DNA of 37,799 nucleotides from Deltaproteobacteria bacterium (GCA_031390075.1 JANMTD010000216.1:1-37799), one strand, 5' to 3'. Numbered from the stretch's first letter, positions 1-8,332 are shown. Notes: generated by a model from the letters alone, not told the origin. Numbers and translations are program-made.

Positions 1-303
1 CGGCGCGGCGGTCGCGGGCGCGACGGCCTCGGCGATTCGAACGGCGCGCTGGACGCGGGGGATTCCGGGGACGAGGCGGACCTGCTCGGGGACGAGATCG
101 AGGAGGCGATCGATGCCCTCGAAGAGGGCATCGAAGCAGACGGCGGGAGCAGCCTCGAGGCGAGCCCGGAACCCGTCGAGCGACCCGAGATCGAGCCCGA
201 GCCGGCGCCCGAGCTCGCCGCGAGTCGTCCGGCCGAAGCGGACGAAGTGCTCCAAACGGTTGACGGGGAAGTGGAATCGCGGATAATCCCGCGCTCTGAA
301 TGA
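1..303 (+). CDS. 3' end of an upstream CDS (partial). It has an RG-rich then strongly acidic low-complexity tail. The product cannot be identified.
   Basis: Frame 1 is open from base 1 to TGA 301-303 with mostly G/C third positions. The translation reads ...GDEADLLGDEIEEAIDALEEGIEADGG...VESRIIPRSE*. It is absent from the ORF track because there is no start codon in the window. Any resemblance to RNase E/G-type tails is only a guess. Confidence 0.35.
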   Translation, partial: RRGGRGRDGLGDSNGALDAGDSGDEADLLGDEIEEAIDALEEGIEADGGSSLEASPEPVERPEIEPEPAPELAASRPAEADEVLQTVDGEVESRIIPRSE

Positions 304-316
304 ATCGAGGTCGATT

Positions 317-628
317 ATGTACGCTGTCGTACGCAGCGGTGGGAAGCAGTATCGAGTGAGCCCCGGTGGCTCATTTCGAGTGGAACGTCTGGCGGGCGAG
401 GTGGGCGCGCAGGTGACCCTCGAAGACGTTCTGTTGATCGGAAGCGACGAAGCGGTGCGGATCGGTGCGCCGACGCTCACGGGCGCGCAGGTGGTCGGCA
501 CGATCGTCGCGCAGGATCGCGCGGCCAAGGTGATGACCTTCAAGCAGAAGCGCCGCAAGGGCTATCGCCGCAAGTACGGCCATCGCCAGAACTACACCGA
601 AATCCGCGTGGACCAGATCCAGGGCTAG
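317..628 (+). CDS. rplU: 50S ribosomal protein L21
   Basis: The N-terminus [14 protein letters not shown] is the classic L21 start and the length is 103 aa. A GAGGT Shine-Dalgarno (SD) sits 6 nt upstream. rpmA follows, as in the conserved operon. Confidence 0.97.
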   Translation: MYAVVRSGGKQYRVSPGGSFRVERLAGEVGAQVTLEDVLLIGSDEAVRIGAPTLTGAQVVGTIVAQDRAAKVMTFKQKRRKGYRRKYGHRQNYTEIRVDQIQG

Positions 629-669
629 ATTCCCTCTTTAACTATCAAGGGAAGCAGGACGTATCCGAG

Positions 670-945
670 ATGGCGCATAAAAAGGGTCAGGGCAGCTCCC
701 GCAACGGTCGCGACAGCGACGGCCAACGGCGGGGCGTCAAGGTTTTCGGCGGCCAGGCCATCAACGCCGGCTCGATCATCATCCGACAGGTGGGATCCAA
801 GATCCACGCCGGCCGCAACGTGGGTCGCGGCAAGGACTTCACGCTGTTCGCCCTCAAGGACGGCACGCTTCGCTTCGGCACATCGCGTGGCCGAACCATC
901 GCGCACGTGGATAGTCTCGTAGACGGGAAGCCCAACGCGAACTGA
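670..945 (+). CDS. rpmA: 50S ribosomal protein L27
   Basis: [16 protein letters not shown]...[29 protein letters not shown] is the L27 signature. The protein is 91 aa. Confidence 0.97.
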   Translation: MAHKKGQGSSRNGRDSDGQRRGVKVFGGQAINAGSIIIRQVGSKIHAGRNVGRGKDFTLFALKDGTLRFGTSRGRTIAHVDSLVDGKPNAN

Positions 946-1047
946 TCGCGCCCCGGCTCGTCCTCTCTTTATATCAAGATGGCTGCCGCACTCCAGTCGG
1001 AAGTCATTCGTGACAGGCTTCTCGAGGCGACGCCTCCGGCGACGATC

Positions 1048-2340
1048 ATGAAGCACGCACACCTATTCGTCGACGAAGCCCTGCTCGAGGTCCAATCCGG
1101 ATCGGGCGGCGACGGCAACGTCTCGTTTCGGCGCGAGAAGTTCATCCCGAACGGCGGGCCCAACGGCGGCGACGGCGGGCGGGGTGGCGACATCATCCTC
1201 GTCGCCGACACCAACGTCGCGACGCTCCTCGATCTGAAATCCGCACGCCGCATCAAGGCCGCCCACGGCGAGCCGGGCGGGGGATCGGACAAGAAGGGCT
1301 CCTCCGGCACAGCGATCGAAATCCGCGTTCCCGTCGGAACCCTCGTCTACGAGATCGAAAACCTCGCCGTTCCGCGCGCGGCCTCGCGACATATCGGAAC
1401 CTACACCGGCGCCGCGCACCACAAGAACGCCGAGAGCGACGACGCGGCGGCCGCGCTCGAAGGCGACCTCCATGGGAAGGACGAAGACGAGGACGACAGC
1501 GACCTCATCGAGATCGAACGCGCCGAAGACGAGCGCGACGCCGACGGCGCGATCGCCCTCGAGCTGCCCCACTCCACACCGGCGGACGACGATGCGACGC
1601 CGATCGCCGACCTGACGAGGTCCGGTCAGCAGATCGTGATCGCCCGGGGCGGACGCGGCGGCCTCGGCAACGCGCGCTTCAAGACCTCCACCCGCCAGGC
1701 GCCGGACTTCGCGACACCGGGCAAGCCAGGCCAGCTGAAGCGGATCCGGCTCTCGCTCAAGCTGATGGCGGATGTCGGCCTCGTCGGCTTTCCCAACGCC
1801 GGCAAGTCGAGCCTGCTGCGCCGGATCTCGGCGGCGCGACCGCGGGTCGCGAACTATCCCTTCACGACGCTCGTGCCTTCGCTCGGGGTCGTCGAACGCG
1901 GCGAGCAGCGCTGTGTCGTCGCGGACATCCCGGGCTTGATCGAGGGGGCGAGCGAGGGGGCAGGGCTCGGCCACCAGTTCCTCCGCCACGTCGAACGCAC
2001 ACGCGTCCTGATCCATCTGCTCGACGTCGAGGCGATGCTGATGCAAGGGCGCGATCTGCAGGCCGACTACGCCGCGATCCGCCGCGAGCTCGGGCGCTAC
2101 CGGCCCGAGCTCCTCGAGCGACGCGAGATCGCCGTGCTGAGCAAATGCGATCTGATCCACGACACCTCGCAGCTCGCCGATGTCGAAGCGCGACTCGCGG
2201 CGCAGGGAATCCGACCGCTCCGCATCTCCGGGGCGACGAATCTCGGCATCGACACGCTGCTCGCGATGATGTTCGAGGCAGTCGATCGGGCGCGCCAAGA
2301 GGACGCGGCGAGGGAAGCGGAAGAAACGAAGGACGCGTGA
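1048..2340 (+). CDS. obg: GTPase Obg/CgtA, with an unusual acidic insertion in the N-terminal Obg fold
   Basis: It has FVDEA...GGDGNVSFRREKFIPNGGPNGGDGGRGGDI (the glycine-rich Obg fold), GGRGGLGNARF, a G1 motif GFPNAGKSS, DIPGLIEGA and SKCD. I prefer ATG 1048 (MKHAHLFVDEA) by homology of the N-terminus. The ORF-track ATG at 979 is the alternative. Confidence 0.93.
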   Translation: MKHAHLFVDEALLEVQSGSGGDGNVSFRREKFIPNGGPNGGDGGRGGDIILVADTNVATLLDLKSARRIKAAHGEPGGGSDKKGSSGTAIEIRVPVGTLVYEIENLAVPRAASRHIGTYTGAAHHKNAESDDAAAALEGDLHGKDEDEDDSDLIEIERAEDERDADGAIALELPHSTPADDDATPIADLTRSGQQIVIARGGRGGLGNARFKTSTRQAPDFATPGKPGQLKRIRLSLKLMADVGLVGFPNAGKSSLLRRISAARPRVANYPFTTLVPSLGVVERGEQRCVVADIPGLIEGASEGAGLGHQFLRHVERTRVLIHLLDVEAMLMQGRDLQADYAAIRRELGRYRPELLERREIAVLSKCDLIHDTSQLADVEARLAAQGIRPLRISGATNLGIDTLLAMMFEAVDRARQEDAAREAEETKDA

Positions 2341-3488
2341 TGGCGCAAGCAGACGCCTGGAAGCAGGTCCCCCGCGCGAAGCGGATCGTCGTCAAGATCG
2401 GCTCGAGCACGCTGACTCGCGATGGCCAGCTCCGCCCCGCCAAGTTCACGGCCATCGCCCGCGACGTGTTCCGCGTCCGCGAGCTGGGCTACCAGGTCGT
2501 CGTCGTCTCCTCCGGCGCGATCGCGATCGGCTCCGGACGCCTCGGCTGGGACCACAACGGCCGCACGATCCGCGAGAAGCAGGCCGCCGCCGCCGTCGGC
2601 CAGATCGGCCTCGTCGAGCTCTACCAGCGCCGCTTCGCCCGCTACGACCTGCATGTCGGCCAGGTCCTCCTGACCCGCGCCGGGCTCGAGAACCGCGAGC
2701 GTTTCATGAACGCGCGACACACCATGCTCGAGCTCTTGCGGCTCGGCGTCGTTCCGATCGTGAACGAGAACGACACGGTCGCGACCGAGGAGATCCGCTT
2801 CGGCGACAACGACAATCTCGCCGCCACGATCGTGAACGTCGTCGGCGGTGATCTGCTCGTGATCCTGACCGACGTCGAGGGCCTGTACGAGCGGCCGCCC
2901 GAAGCGGGCCAGCGGAAGCCGCCGCTGATCCGGACCGTCCCGAAGATCACCCCCGCCATCGAACGGATCGCGACCGGCGCCGGCTCGCGCTACGGCAGCG
3001 GCGGCATGATCACGAAGCTCCAGGCTGCACGGAACGCCGCCCACTCCGGGGCAGCCACGATCCTGTGTCACGGCCAGATCTCCGGAATCCTCGAAAAGCT
3101 CATGAAGGGCGAGCGCCATGGCACGCTCTTCGAGCCCGGCGAGAAGCTTCGCGGCCACAAGCACTGGCTCGCGTTCACTGCCAAGAGCCGCGGCCGGATC
3201 GTGATCGACGCCGGTGCGGTGCGCGCGCTCTGCGAGCGGGGCCGAAGTCTCCTACCCGCGGGCATCCTGCGCGTCGAGGGCGAGTTCCGGATCGGCGAGT
3301 CCGTGACGTGCGTGAACGAGAGTGGGCAGGAGGTCGCCCGCGGCCTAGCGGGCTATTCGTCCATCGACGTCGCCCGATTGGCGGGCCAGCGCACGAACGC
3401 GATCGAGCGGGTGCTAGGATACTCGAACGGTGAGGAGATCATTCACCGCGACGATCTCGCCCTGCTGAGCGAGACGCGATCCGACTAA
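2340..3488 (+). CDS. proB: Glutamate 5-kinase (with C-terminal PUA domain)
   Basis: RIVVKIGSSTLT, VVVVSSGAIA and NENDTVATEEIRFGDNDNLAA are kinase motifs. The PUA-like C-terminus reads GRIVIDAGAVRAL...GESV. ATG 2340 overlaps the obg TGA (2338-2340) by 1 nt. The ORF-track start at 2145 lies inside obg. Confidence 0.95.
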   Translation: MAQADAWKQVPRAKRIVVKIGSSTLTRDGQLRPAKFTAIARDVFRVRELGYQVVVVSSGAIAIGSGRLGWDHNGRTIREKQAAAAVGQIGLVELYQRRFARYDLHVGQVLLTRAGLENRERFMNARHTMLELLRLGVVPIVNENDTVATEEIRFGDNDNLAATIVNVVGGDLLVILTDVEGLYERPPEAGQRKPPLIRTVPKITPAIERIATGAGSRYGSGGMITKLQAARNAAHSGAATILCHGQISGILEKLMKGERHGTLFEPGEKLRGHKHWLAFTAKSRGRIVIDAGAVRALCERGRSLLPAGILRVEGEFRIGESVTCVNESGQEVARGLAGYSSIDVARLAGQRTNAIERVLGYSNGEEIIHRDDLALLSETRSD

Positions 3489-3572
3489 CACGACTGAGAC
3501 CACGACTGAGACCACGACTGAGACCTCGACTGAGACCTCGACTTAAACCCCGACCGAGTCCCCGACCGAGAT
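3489..3572. repeat. 12-bp direct tandem repeat, about 7 copies (CACGACTGAGAC, degenerating 3'-ward), filling the proB-proA spacer
   Basis: Read directly: three copies of cacgactgagac, then ctcgactgagac, ctcgacttaaac, cccgaccgagtc and cccgaccgagat. Confidence 0.9.
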
Positions 3573-3581
3573 GATGCCGAG

Positions 3582-4883
3582 ATGACTCCCCGCTCCGACC
3601 AGACGAGCTCCGAACGAAGCGCCTCGCCCGCGCTCGCGGCGGAGATGCGCGAGCTCGCCCGCGCCGCCCGCGCGGCGAGTCAGATCACGGCCGAGCTCGG
3701 GGCGCGCCAGAAGAACGACTGGCTCGCGTGTGCCGCGGCTCGCCTCGAGAGCGCGCGCGAGCGCATCCTCGAGGCCAATGCGAAGGACATCGCGAACGCC
3801 GCCGAGAAGGGCGTCGAGGCGCCGCTCCGCGGACGGCTCGGGCTCTCCGACAGCAAGTGGAAGGACATGCTTCAGGGACTGGCCGACGTCGCGGCGCTCC
3901 CCGATCCCGTCGGCCGCATGACGAACCACAGCGTGCGGCCGAACGGGCTCCGCGTCGGTCAGATGTCGATCCCGCTCGGCGTCATCGCGATGATCTACGA
4001 ATCGCGCCCCAACGTGACCGTCGATGCGGCGGCGCTCTGCCTCAAGGCCGGTAACGCCGTCATCCTGCGTGGCGGCTCCGAGGCGATCCATTCGAACCTC
4101 GCCCTCGCCTCCGAGCTCCGCGCGGCGGCCCGCGAGGTCGGGATCCCGGAGGCCGCGATCACGATCGTGCCGACCGTCGACCGCGCTGCGATCGACGTCC
4201 TGCTGGGGCTCTCGGACCTGATCGATCTCGTGATTCCGCGCGGCGGACCCGGGCTGATCCGGAAGGTGCGGGCGGAGTCGACGATTCCGGTGATCGCCCA
4301 CGATGCGGGGGTGTGCCACGTCTTCATCGACGCGAGTGCGAACGCCGAGATGGCGGTCGCGATCGTGCACGAATCGAAGCTGCGCCAGATGGCGGTCTGC
4401 AACGGGCTCGAGACGCTGCTCTGTCATCGCGGAGCGGCGGAGCGCGTGCTGCCGATGGTCCTGAAGGATCTGCGCGAAGCCGGGGTCGAGATCCGGGGCT
4501 GCGCCGCGACGCGGGCGATCTTCGGCGACGCGCTCCTCGCCTCCGAATCGGACTGGGCGGAGGAGTTCCTCGCGCCGATCCTCGCGGTCCGGATCGTCGA
4601 TTCGATGGATCAGGCGATCGACCACATCCGCCGCTACGGCTCGAATCACACGGAAGTCATCCTGACGAACGACTACGCGAACAGCCAGGAATGGCTTCGC
4701 CGCGTGAACTCGTCGACGGTCGGCGTCAACTGCTCGACCGGCTTCGCCGACGGCTTCCAGCTGGGCCTCGGCGCCGAGATCGGGATCTCGACGACGAAGC
4801 TCCATGCCTACGGGCCGATGGGCCTGGAAGGGCTCACGACGCGGAAGTTCGTGCTCATGGGCGACGGTCAGCTGCGCGGATGA
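3582..4883 (+). CDS. proA: Gamma-glutamyl phosphate reductase
   Basis: IYESRPNVTVDAAALCLKAGNAVILRGGSEA, the active-site context VCNGLETLL and STGFADGFQLGLGAEIGIST match ProA. The protein is 433 aa and follows proB. Confidence 0.95.
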   Translation: MTPRSDQTSSERSASPALAAEMRELARAARAASQITAELGARQKNDWLACAAARLESARERILEANAKDIANAAEKGVEAPLRGRLGLSDSKWKDMLQGLADVAALPDPVGRMTNHSVRPNGLRVGQMSIPLGVIAMIYESRPNVTVDAAALCLKAGNAVILRGGSEAIHSNLALASELRAAAREVGIPEAAITIVPTVDRAAIDVLLGLSDLIDLVIPRGGPGLIRKVRAESTIPVIAHDAGVCHVFIDASANAEMAVAIVHESKLRQMAVCNGLETLLCHRGAAERVLPMVLKDLREAGVEIRGCAATRAIFGDALLASESDWAEEFLAPILAVRIVDSMDQAIDHIRRYGSNHTEVILTNDYANSQEWLRRVNSSTVGVNCSTGFADGFQLGLGAEIGISTTKLHAYGPMGLEGLTTRKFVLMGDGQLRG

Positions 4884-5599
4884 AAGCGAGCAGGGGCGCG
4901 CCGCGCATCGGACTGTTCGGCGGCACCTTCAATCCGATCCATCTGGGCCACCTCCGCGCCGCCGAAGAGGTCCGCGAGGCCCTCGGCCTCGACGAGATCG
5001 ATTTCGTCCCGAGCGCCCTTCCGCCCCATAAACGCGAGAGCGATGGAGACCCGATCGCACCGGCGGCCCTGCGTCTGGCCTGGGTCCAGGGCGCGATCGC
5101 CGGCCATCCGGCCTTCGAGATCGACCGGGTCGAGGTCGACCGCAGTGGCCCCTCCTACCTCGTCGATACGCTGGCCCTGATCCGGGCCCGGGATCCCGAG
5201 GGACCGCCGCCCGTCTTCATCGTCGGCGAGGACGCCTTCGCGGAGATGGGCGAATGGCGCTCGCCTCTGCGACTCTTCGAGCTCGCGGACTTCGCGGTCA
5301 TGACGCGTCCGCCCGGTCGACTCCTCGATCTCGCGGCGCGCATGCCGGCGGTCGTGCGAGATCAGTTCCAGTTCGAAGCAGAGGGCCAGATCGCGCGTCA
5401 CCGGTCCGCCGGCACGCGCGCCCTGCTCGTGGCGATCACCGCCCTCGACATCTCGTCGAGCCAGATCCGGCGGGCGTGCCGCGAGGGACGATCGATCCGG
5501 TACCTCGTGCCCGAGTCGATCCGCGGGGCGATCGAACAGAGTGGATGTTATGCAGCCAGCGAGGCCCGGGAAGCGGCGGGAGAGAGGACGAGTCGATGA
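4880..5599 (+). CDS. nadD: Nicotinate-nucleotide adenylyltransferase
   Basis: RIGLFGGTFNPIHLGHL is the (H/T)xGH motif. ISSSQIR lies near the C-terminus. ATG 4880 overlaps the proA TGA as ATGA. The ORF-track start at 4313 lies inside proA. Confidence 0.9.
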   Translation: MKASRGAPRIGLFGGTFNPIHLGHLRAAEEVREALGLDEIDFVPSALPPHKRESDGDPIAPAALRLAWVQGAIAGHPAFEIDRVEVDRSGPSYLVDTLALIRARDPEGPPPVFIVGEDAFAEMGEWRSPLRLFELADFAVMTRPPGRLLDLAARMPAVVRDQFQFEAEGQIARHRSAGTRALLVAITALDISSSQIRRACREGRSIRYLVPESIRGAIEQSGCYAASEAREAAGERTSR

Positions 5600-6018
5600 C
5601 GGGGGTCGAACCGAAGCAGAAGGCGCGCTGGATCGTCGAGGCGGCGCTCGACCGCAAGGCCGAGCGGCCGATCGTGCTCGACATGGCGAACCTGGTCTTC
5701 TACGCCGATACGTTCATCCTGCTGACCGGGCGCTCGGATCGCCAGGTGCGCGCGATCGCCGACGGCATCCTCGAGTCCCTGCGCGCCCACGGCGAGGCGC
5801 CGCTCGGAACCGAGGGCATGGACGACGGCAACTGGGTCCTGATCGACTGCAACGACGCGATCGTCCACATCTTCGATCCGGAGGCGCGGAATAAGTTCGA
5901 CCTCGAGCGCCTGTGGCAGGACGCGCCGCGGATCGACCTCGGGATCGAGGGCGTGGACCCGAATCCGGCCCCCGACAACCGCGAGGCGAGCGACGACGCC
6001 GCGGATCCCGCCGCCTGA
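5596..6018 (+). CDS. rsfS: Ribosomal silencing factor RsfS (iojap family)
   Basis: LDRKAERPIVLDM...ADTFILLTGRSDRQVRAIADGI...DAIVHIF...R..FDLERLW is typical of RsfS. ATG 5596 overlaps the nadD TGA as ATGA. Confidence 0.9.
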   Translation: MTGVEPKQKARWIVEAALDRKAERPIVLDMANLVFYADTFILLTGRSDRQVRAIADGILESLRAHGEAPLGTEGMDDGNWVLIDCNDAIVHIFDPEARNKFDLERLWQDAPRIDLGIEGVDPNPAPDNREASDDAADPAA

Positions 6019-6035
6019 TCGTGGGCCGCGGGGCA

Positions 6036-7532
6036 ATGCGAATCCTCGACCGGCTGCGAGGGCGATCGCGGGCGGCGCGCGCTGCCGTGAGCGCCGCGAT
6101 GGACAGTCTGCGCAACGCGTGGACGCCCCTCGACTGCGGATCGTGCGGGGCGGCGATCGGGTCGGGGAGTCGGCCCCTTTGTCGCGCCTGCGCGCTGGTG
6201 ATTCCGTGGTGGCGGCGTGCGGATGGGTGCCCGCGCTGCGGGATGCCCCTCGACCCCGAAGTGCCGGGCAGCGAGGCGTCCTGGGGAGCGAGCCGTCGAA
6301 CTGCGACAGCCTGTCCCAAATGTCTCGTCGAGGGCAGCCCGCTCCATCTCTGTCTGGCGGCCACACGTTATGCCGGCCTGGTCCCGAGCCTGATCCCCGC
6401 CTTCAAGAATCCGAAGGGACCTTTCGGGCCCCGACCCGGCGTGTGGCGCGTGGTCGACTATCTCGCGGATGAGCTCGCGGACGAGCTGGCGGACCGACTC
6501 CGCCACAGTCCCGCCGGGCTCCCTGATCTCGTCGTGCCGGTCCCGCTCCATCCGAACCGCCTTCGACGGCGCGGCTTCAATCAAGCGGACCTGATCGCCC
6601 GGCGGATCGCCCGGCGGATCGAACGTCCCTTCGATCCCGGCCTGCTCGAACGCCTGCGCGAGACCGGATCGCAGGCGGGCCTCCGCGCCCCGGAACGCAG
6701 GCAGAACCTCGAGGGCGCCTTCGGAAGCCGACGCCGTCTCTCGAACGCCCTCCCGCGAATCGCCCTGGTCGACGACGTGCTGACGACGGGGAGCACCCTC
6801 GAAGCCGCAGCCAACGCCCTTCTCGCCGCCGGGGCCTCTGAAATCATCGCCCTCACGCTCTCGGCGACGGTCGCCCCCCGGCGTGCGCGGGCGGAAGCCG
6901 GCGCGTATGCTCCGCCCCCTCATCAGCCCAGGAGCTTCGACATGATGCGCGCCTCTCGCCGTCTCGCCCCGATCGCCCTCGCGGTCCTCGCCCTTCTCGT
7001 CGGCTCGGTGTCCTTCGCGCGTGCCGCGGACGACGCGGCTAAACCCAGCGCGGCTAAACCCAGCGCGGCCAAGCCCAGTGCCGCCAAGCCCGACGCGGCT
7101 TTTCGCGCGGCGATGAAGCGATTCCTCGTGGCCCAGAACATCCCGGCCCAGATGGGTGAGCAGATGACCTACTCCGCCGCCGAGCAGGTCCTGTCGTCGC
7201 TCGCCGGGAGCGGAGTCACGATCACCGAGCCGATGCAGGCGATCGTCATCGAAGAAGCGCGCAAGGATTTCGGCACGCGCTTCGGCGACGTCGAGTTCCT
7301 GACAGATCTCTACTCGACGGTCTACGTCCAGCATTTCACGACGAAAGAGATCGCGGAGATCGCCACGTTCTGGGAGTCCCCCGTCGCGAAGAAGCTGCTC
7401 GCGAAGACGCCGACCCTCAACGAGGCCTTCGTCAGCAAGATGCAGGAGGCGACGACCCCGCTGACCGAAGCGTTCCAGGCGCGCCTCGACAAGCGCCTCC
7501 GAGCGGAAGGCATCCTCGGCAACACGCCCTGA
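6036..7532 (+). CDS. ComF-family phosphoribosyltransferase ORF that continues in frame, with no stop, through the next (DUF2059-like) coding unit
   Basis: The N-terminus has paired CxxC zinc ribbons (CGSCG, CRAC, CPRCG, CPKC). Also present are VPVPLHPNRLRRRGFNQA and the PRPP loop IALVDDVLTTGST. ComF proteins normally end shortly after this loop. Here the frame stays open to TGA 7530-7532. GTG 6021 is an alternative start. Confidence 0.75.
   Translation: MRILDRLRGRSRAARAAVSAAMDSLRNAWTPLDCGSCGAAIGSGSRPLCRACALVIPWWRRADGCPRCGMPLDPEVPGSEASWGASRRTATACPKCLVEGSPLHLCLAATRYAGLVPSLIPAFKNPKGPFGPRPGVWRVVDYLADELADELADRLRHSPAGLPDLVVPVPLHPNRLRRRGFNQADLIARRIARRIERPFDPGLLERLRETGSQAGLRAPERRQNLEGAFGSRRRLSNALPRIALVDDVLTTGSTLEAAANALLAAGASEIIALTLSATVAPRRARAEAGAYAPPPHQPRSFDMMRASRRLAPIALAVLALLVGSVSFARAADDAAKPSAAKPSAAKPSAAKPDAAFRAAMKRFLVAQNIPAQMGEQMTYSAAEQVLSSLAGSGVTITEPMQAIVIEEARKDFGTRFGDVEFLTDLYSTVYVQHFTTKEIAEIATFWESPVAKKLLAKTPTLNEAFVSKMQEATTPLTEAFQARLDKRLRAEGILGNTP
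6942..7532 (+). CDS. Secreted DUF2059-like protein (candidate independent start inside the ComF frame)
   Basis: AGGAG at 6930-6934 lies 7 nt before ATG 6942. The signal peptide reads MMRASRRLAPIALAVLALLVGSVSFARA. An (AAKPS)x4 linker follows, then a helical domain with FWESPVAKKLL, which resembles DUF2059 from memory. Confidence 0.6.
   Translation: MMRASRRLAPIALAVLALLVGSVSFARAADDAAKPSAAKPSAAKPSAAKPDAAFRAAMKRFLVAQNIPAQMGEQMTYSAAEQVLSSLAGSGVTITEPMQAIVIEEARKDFGTRFGDVEFLTDLYSTVYVQHFTTKEIAEIATFWESPVAKKLLAKTPTLNEAFVSKMQEATTPLTEAFQARLDKRLRAEGILGNTP
7035..7094 (+). repeat. 15-bp coding tandem repeat x4 encoding AAKPS-AAKPS-AAKPS-AAKPD
   Basis: Read directly: gcggctaaacccagc twice, then gcggccaagcccagt and gccgccaagcccgac. 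Confidence 0.9.
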
Positions 7533-7545
7533 ACCCTTTATGGGA

Positions 7546-8316
7546 TCAGGCAGGCCGCTTGCGTGAGCGAAGGTATTCGCGCCGGGCCGCCGTGCACTCT
7601 TCGTCGCCGAAAGCCGTCACGAGCCCGTCCGCATCGGACCATGCTCGCATCGTCCCGACCATCTGGTCCGTCACCGCATTGACGTGGCGCTTGGTCGAGA
7701 AGAGGGCATGCGACGCCTTCTTCGCGAGCGAGCCGGCCAGCTCTGCGACTTCCCGGTCGAGCTGATCGTCGGGCACGACCCGGTTGAGGAAACCCGCGGC
7801 CCGCGCCTCCTCGGCCAGGAAGGGCCGGCATGTGAGAACGAGCTCCTTCGTCCGTGCGGGTCCGAGCTCGCGAACGAGCCGCGGAATTCCGCCCCAGGCG
7901 AGCGGGATCCCAAGATCGACCTCGGGAATCGAGAAGCGCGCGCCCTCGCTCGCAATCCGCAGATCGCAGGCCGACGCGAGCACCATGCCCCCGCCGATAC
8001 ACCAGCCGCGGATCGCCACGATCGAGATCGCGCGCATCGCCTCGAGGGCGTCCGCCATCGCGCGGCCGAGCTCCGCGACCTCCCGGGTCGTCCGGCCTTC
8101 GACCTTTCCGAAGCTCGCGAGATCGGAGCCGCTCGAGAAGCTCGACCCGCTTCCGCGCACGACGACGACCTTGACGCCCCGCGCCTCGTCGAAATAGCGG
8201 GCGGCGCGGACGATCTCCTCGAGCATCCCGATCGAGAGCGGATTCAGCTTCTCGGGTCGCTCGAGCCGCAGCTCTCCGATCGCCCCCTCGACGCGCACAC
8301 TCAGCGATTCGAACAC
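7546..8316 (-). CDS. Enoyl-CoA hydratase/isomerase (crotonase) family protein
   Basis: The crotonase pattern is present: LERPEKLNPLS, VVVVRGSGSSFSSGSDL and AIRGWCIGGGMVLASACDLRIAS. The protein is 256 aa. Confidence 0.85.
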   Translation of the reverse strand: MFESLSVRVEGAIGELRLERPEKLNPLSIGMLEEIVRAARYFDEARGVKVVVVRGSGSSFSSGSDLASFGKVEGRTTREVAELGRAMADALEAMRAISIVAIRGWCIGGGMVLASACDLRIASEGARFSIPEVDLGIPLAWGGIPRLVRELGPARTKELVLTCRPFLAEEARAAGFLNRVVPDDQLDREVAELAGSLAKKASHALFSTKRHVNAVTDQMVGTMRAWSDADGLVTAFGDEECTAARREYLRSRKRPA

Positions 8317-8332
8317 GCTCTCTCCTCCGCGA

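Noticed and set aside
2145-2339. N-terminal extensions in the ORF track: proB from 2145, nadD from 4313, rsfS from 5254, comF from 5913, the GNAT to 21889, the aminotransferase to 21305, malic enzyme to 33923, yceI to 29017 and lspA to 37059
   Set aside because: The extensions overlap the preceding genes or are Arg/Pro-rich. Internal starts reproduce canonical family N-termini, often with an SD or with ATGA/TGATG coupling to the upstream stop.
3489-3572. Whether the 12-bp array (and the 18-bp array at 19643-19726) could be a CRISPR array
   Set aside because: The units are directly contiguous with no spacers and are far shorter than CRISPR repeats (12 and 18 bp). No cas genes are present. They are plain tandem repeats.
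5700-7334. 544-aa and 272-aa minus-strand ORFs opposite rsfS and comF
   Set aside because: They have the same antisense-artefact pattern, being Arg/Gly/Pro-rich with no domain signatures. The sense-strand genes are well supported.
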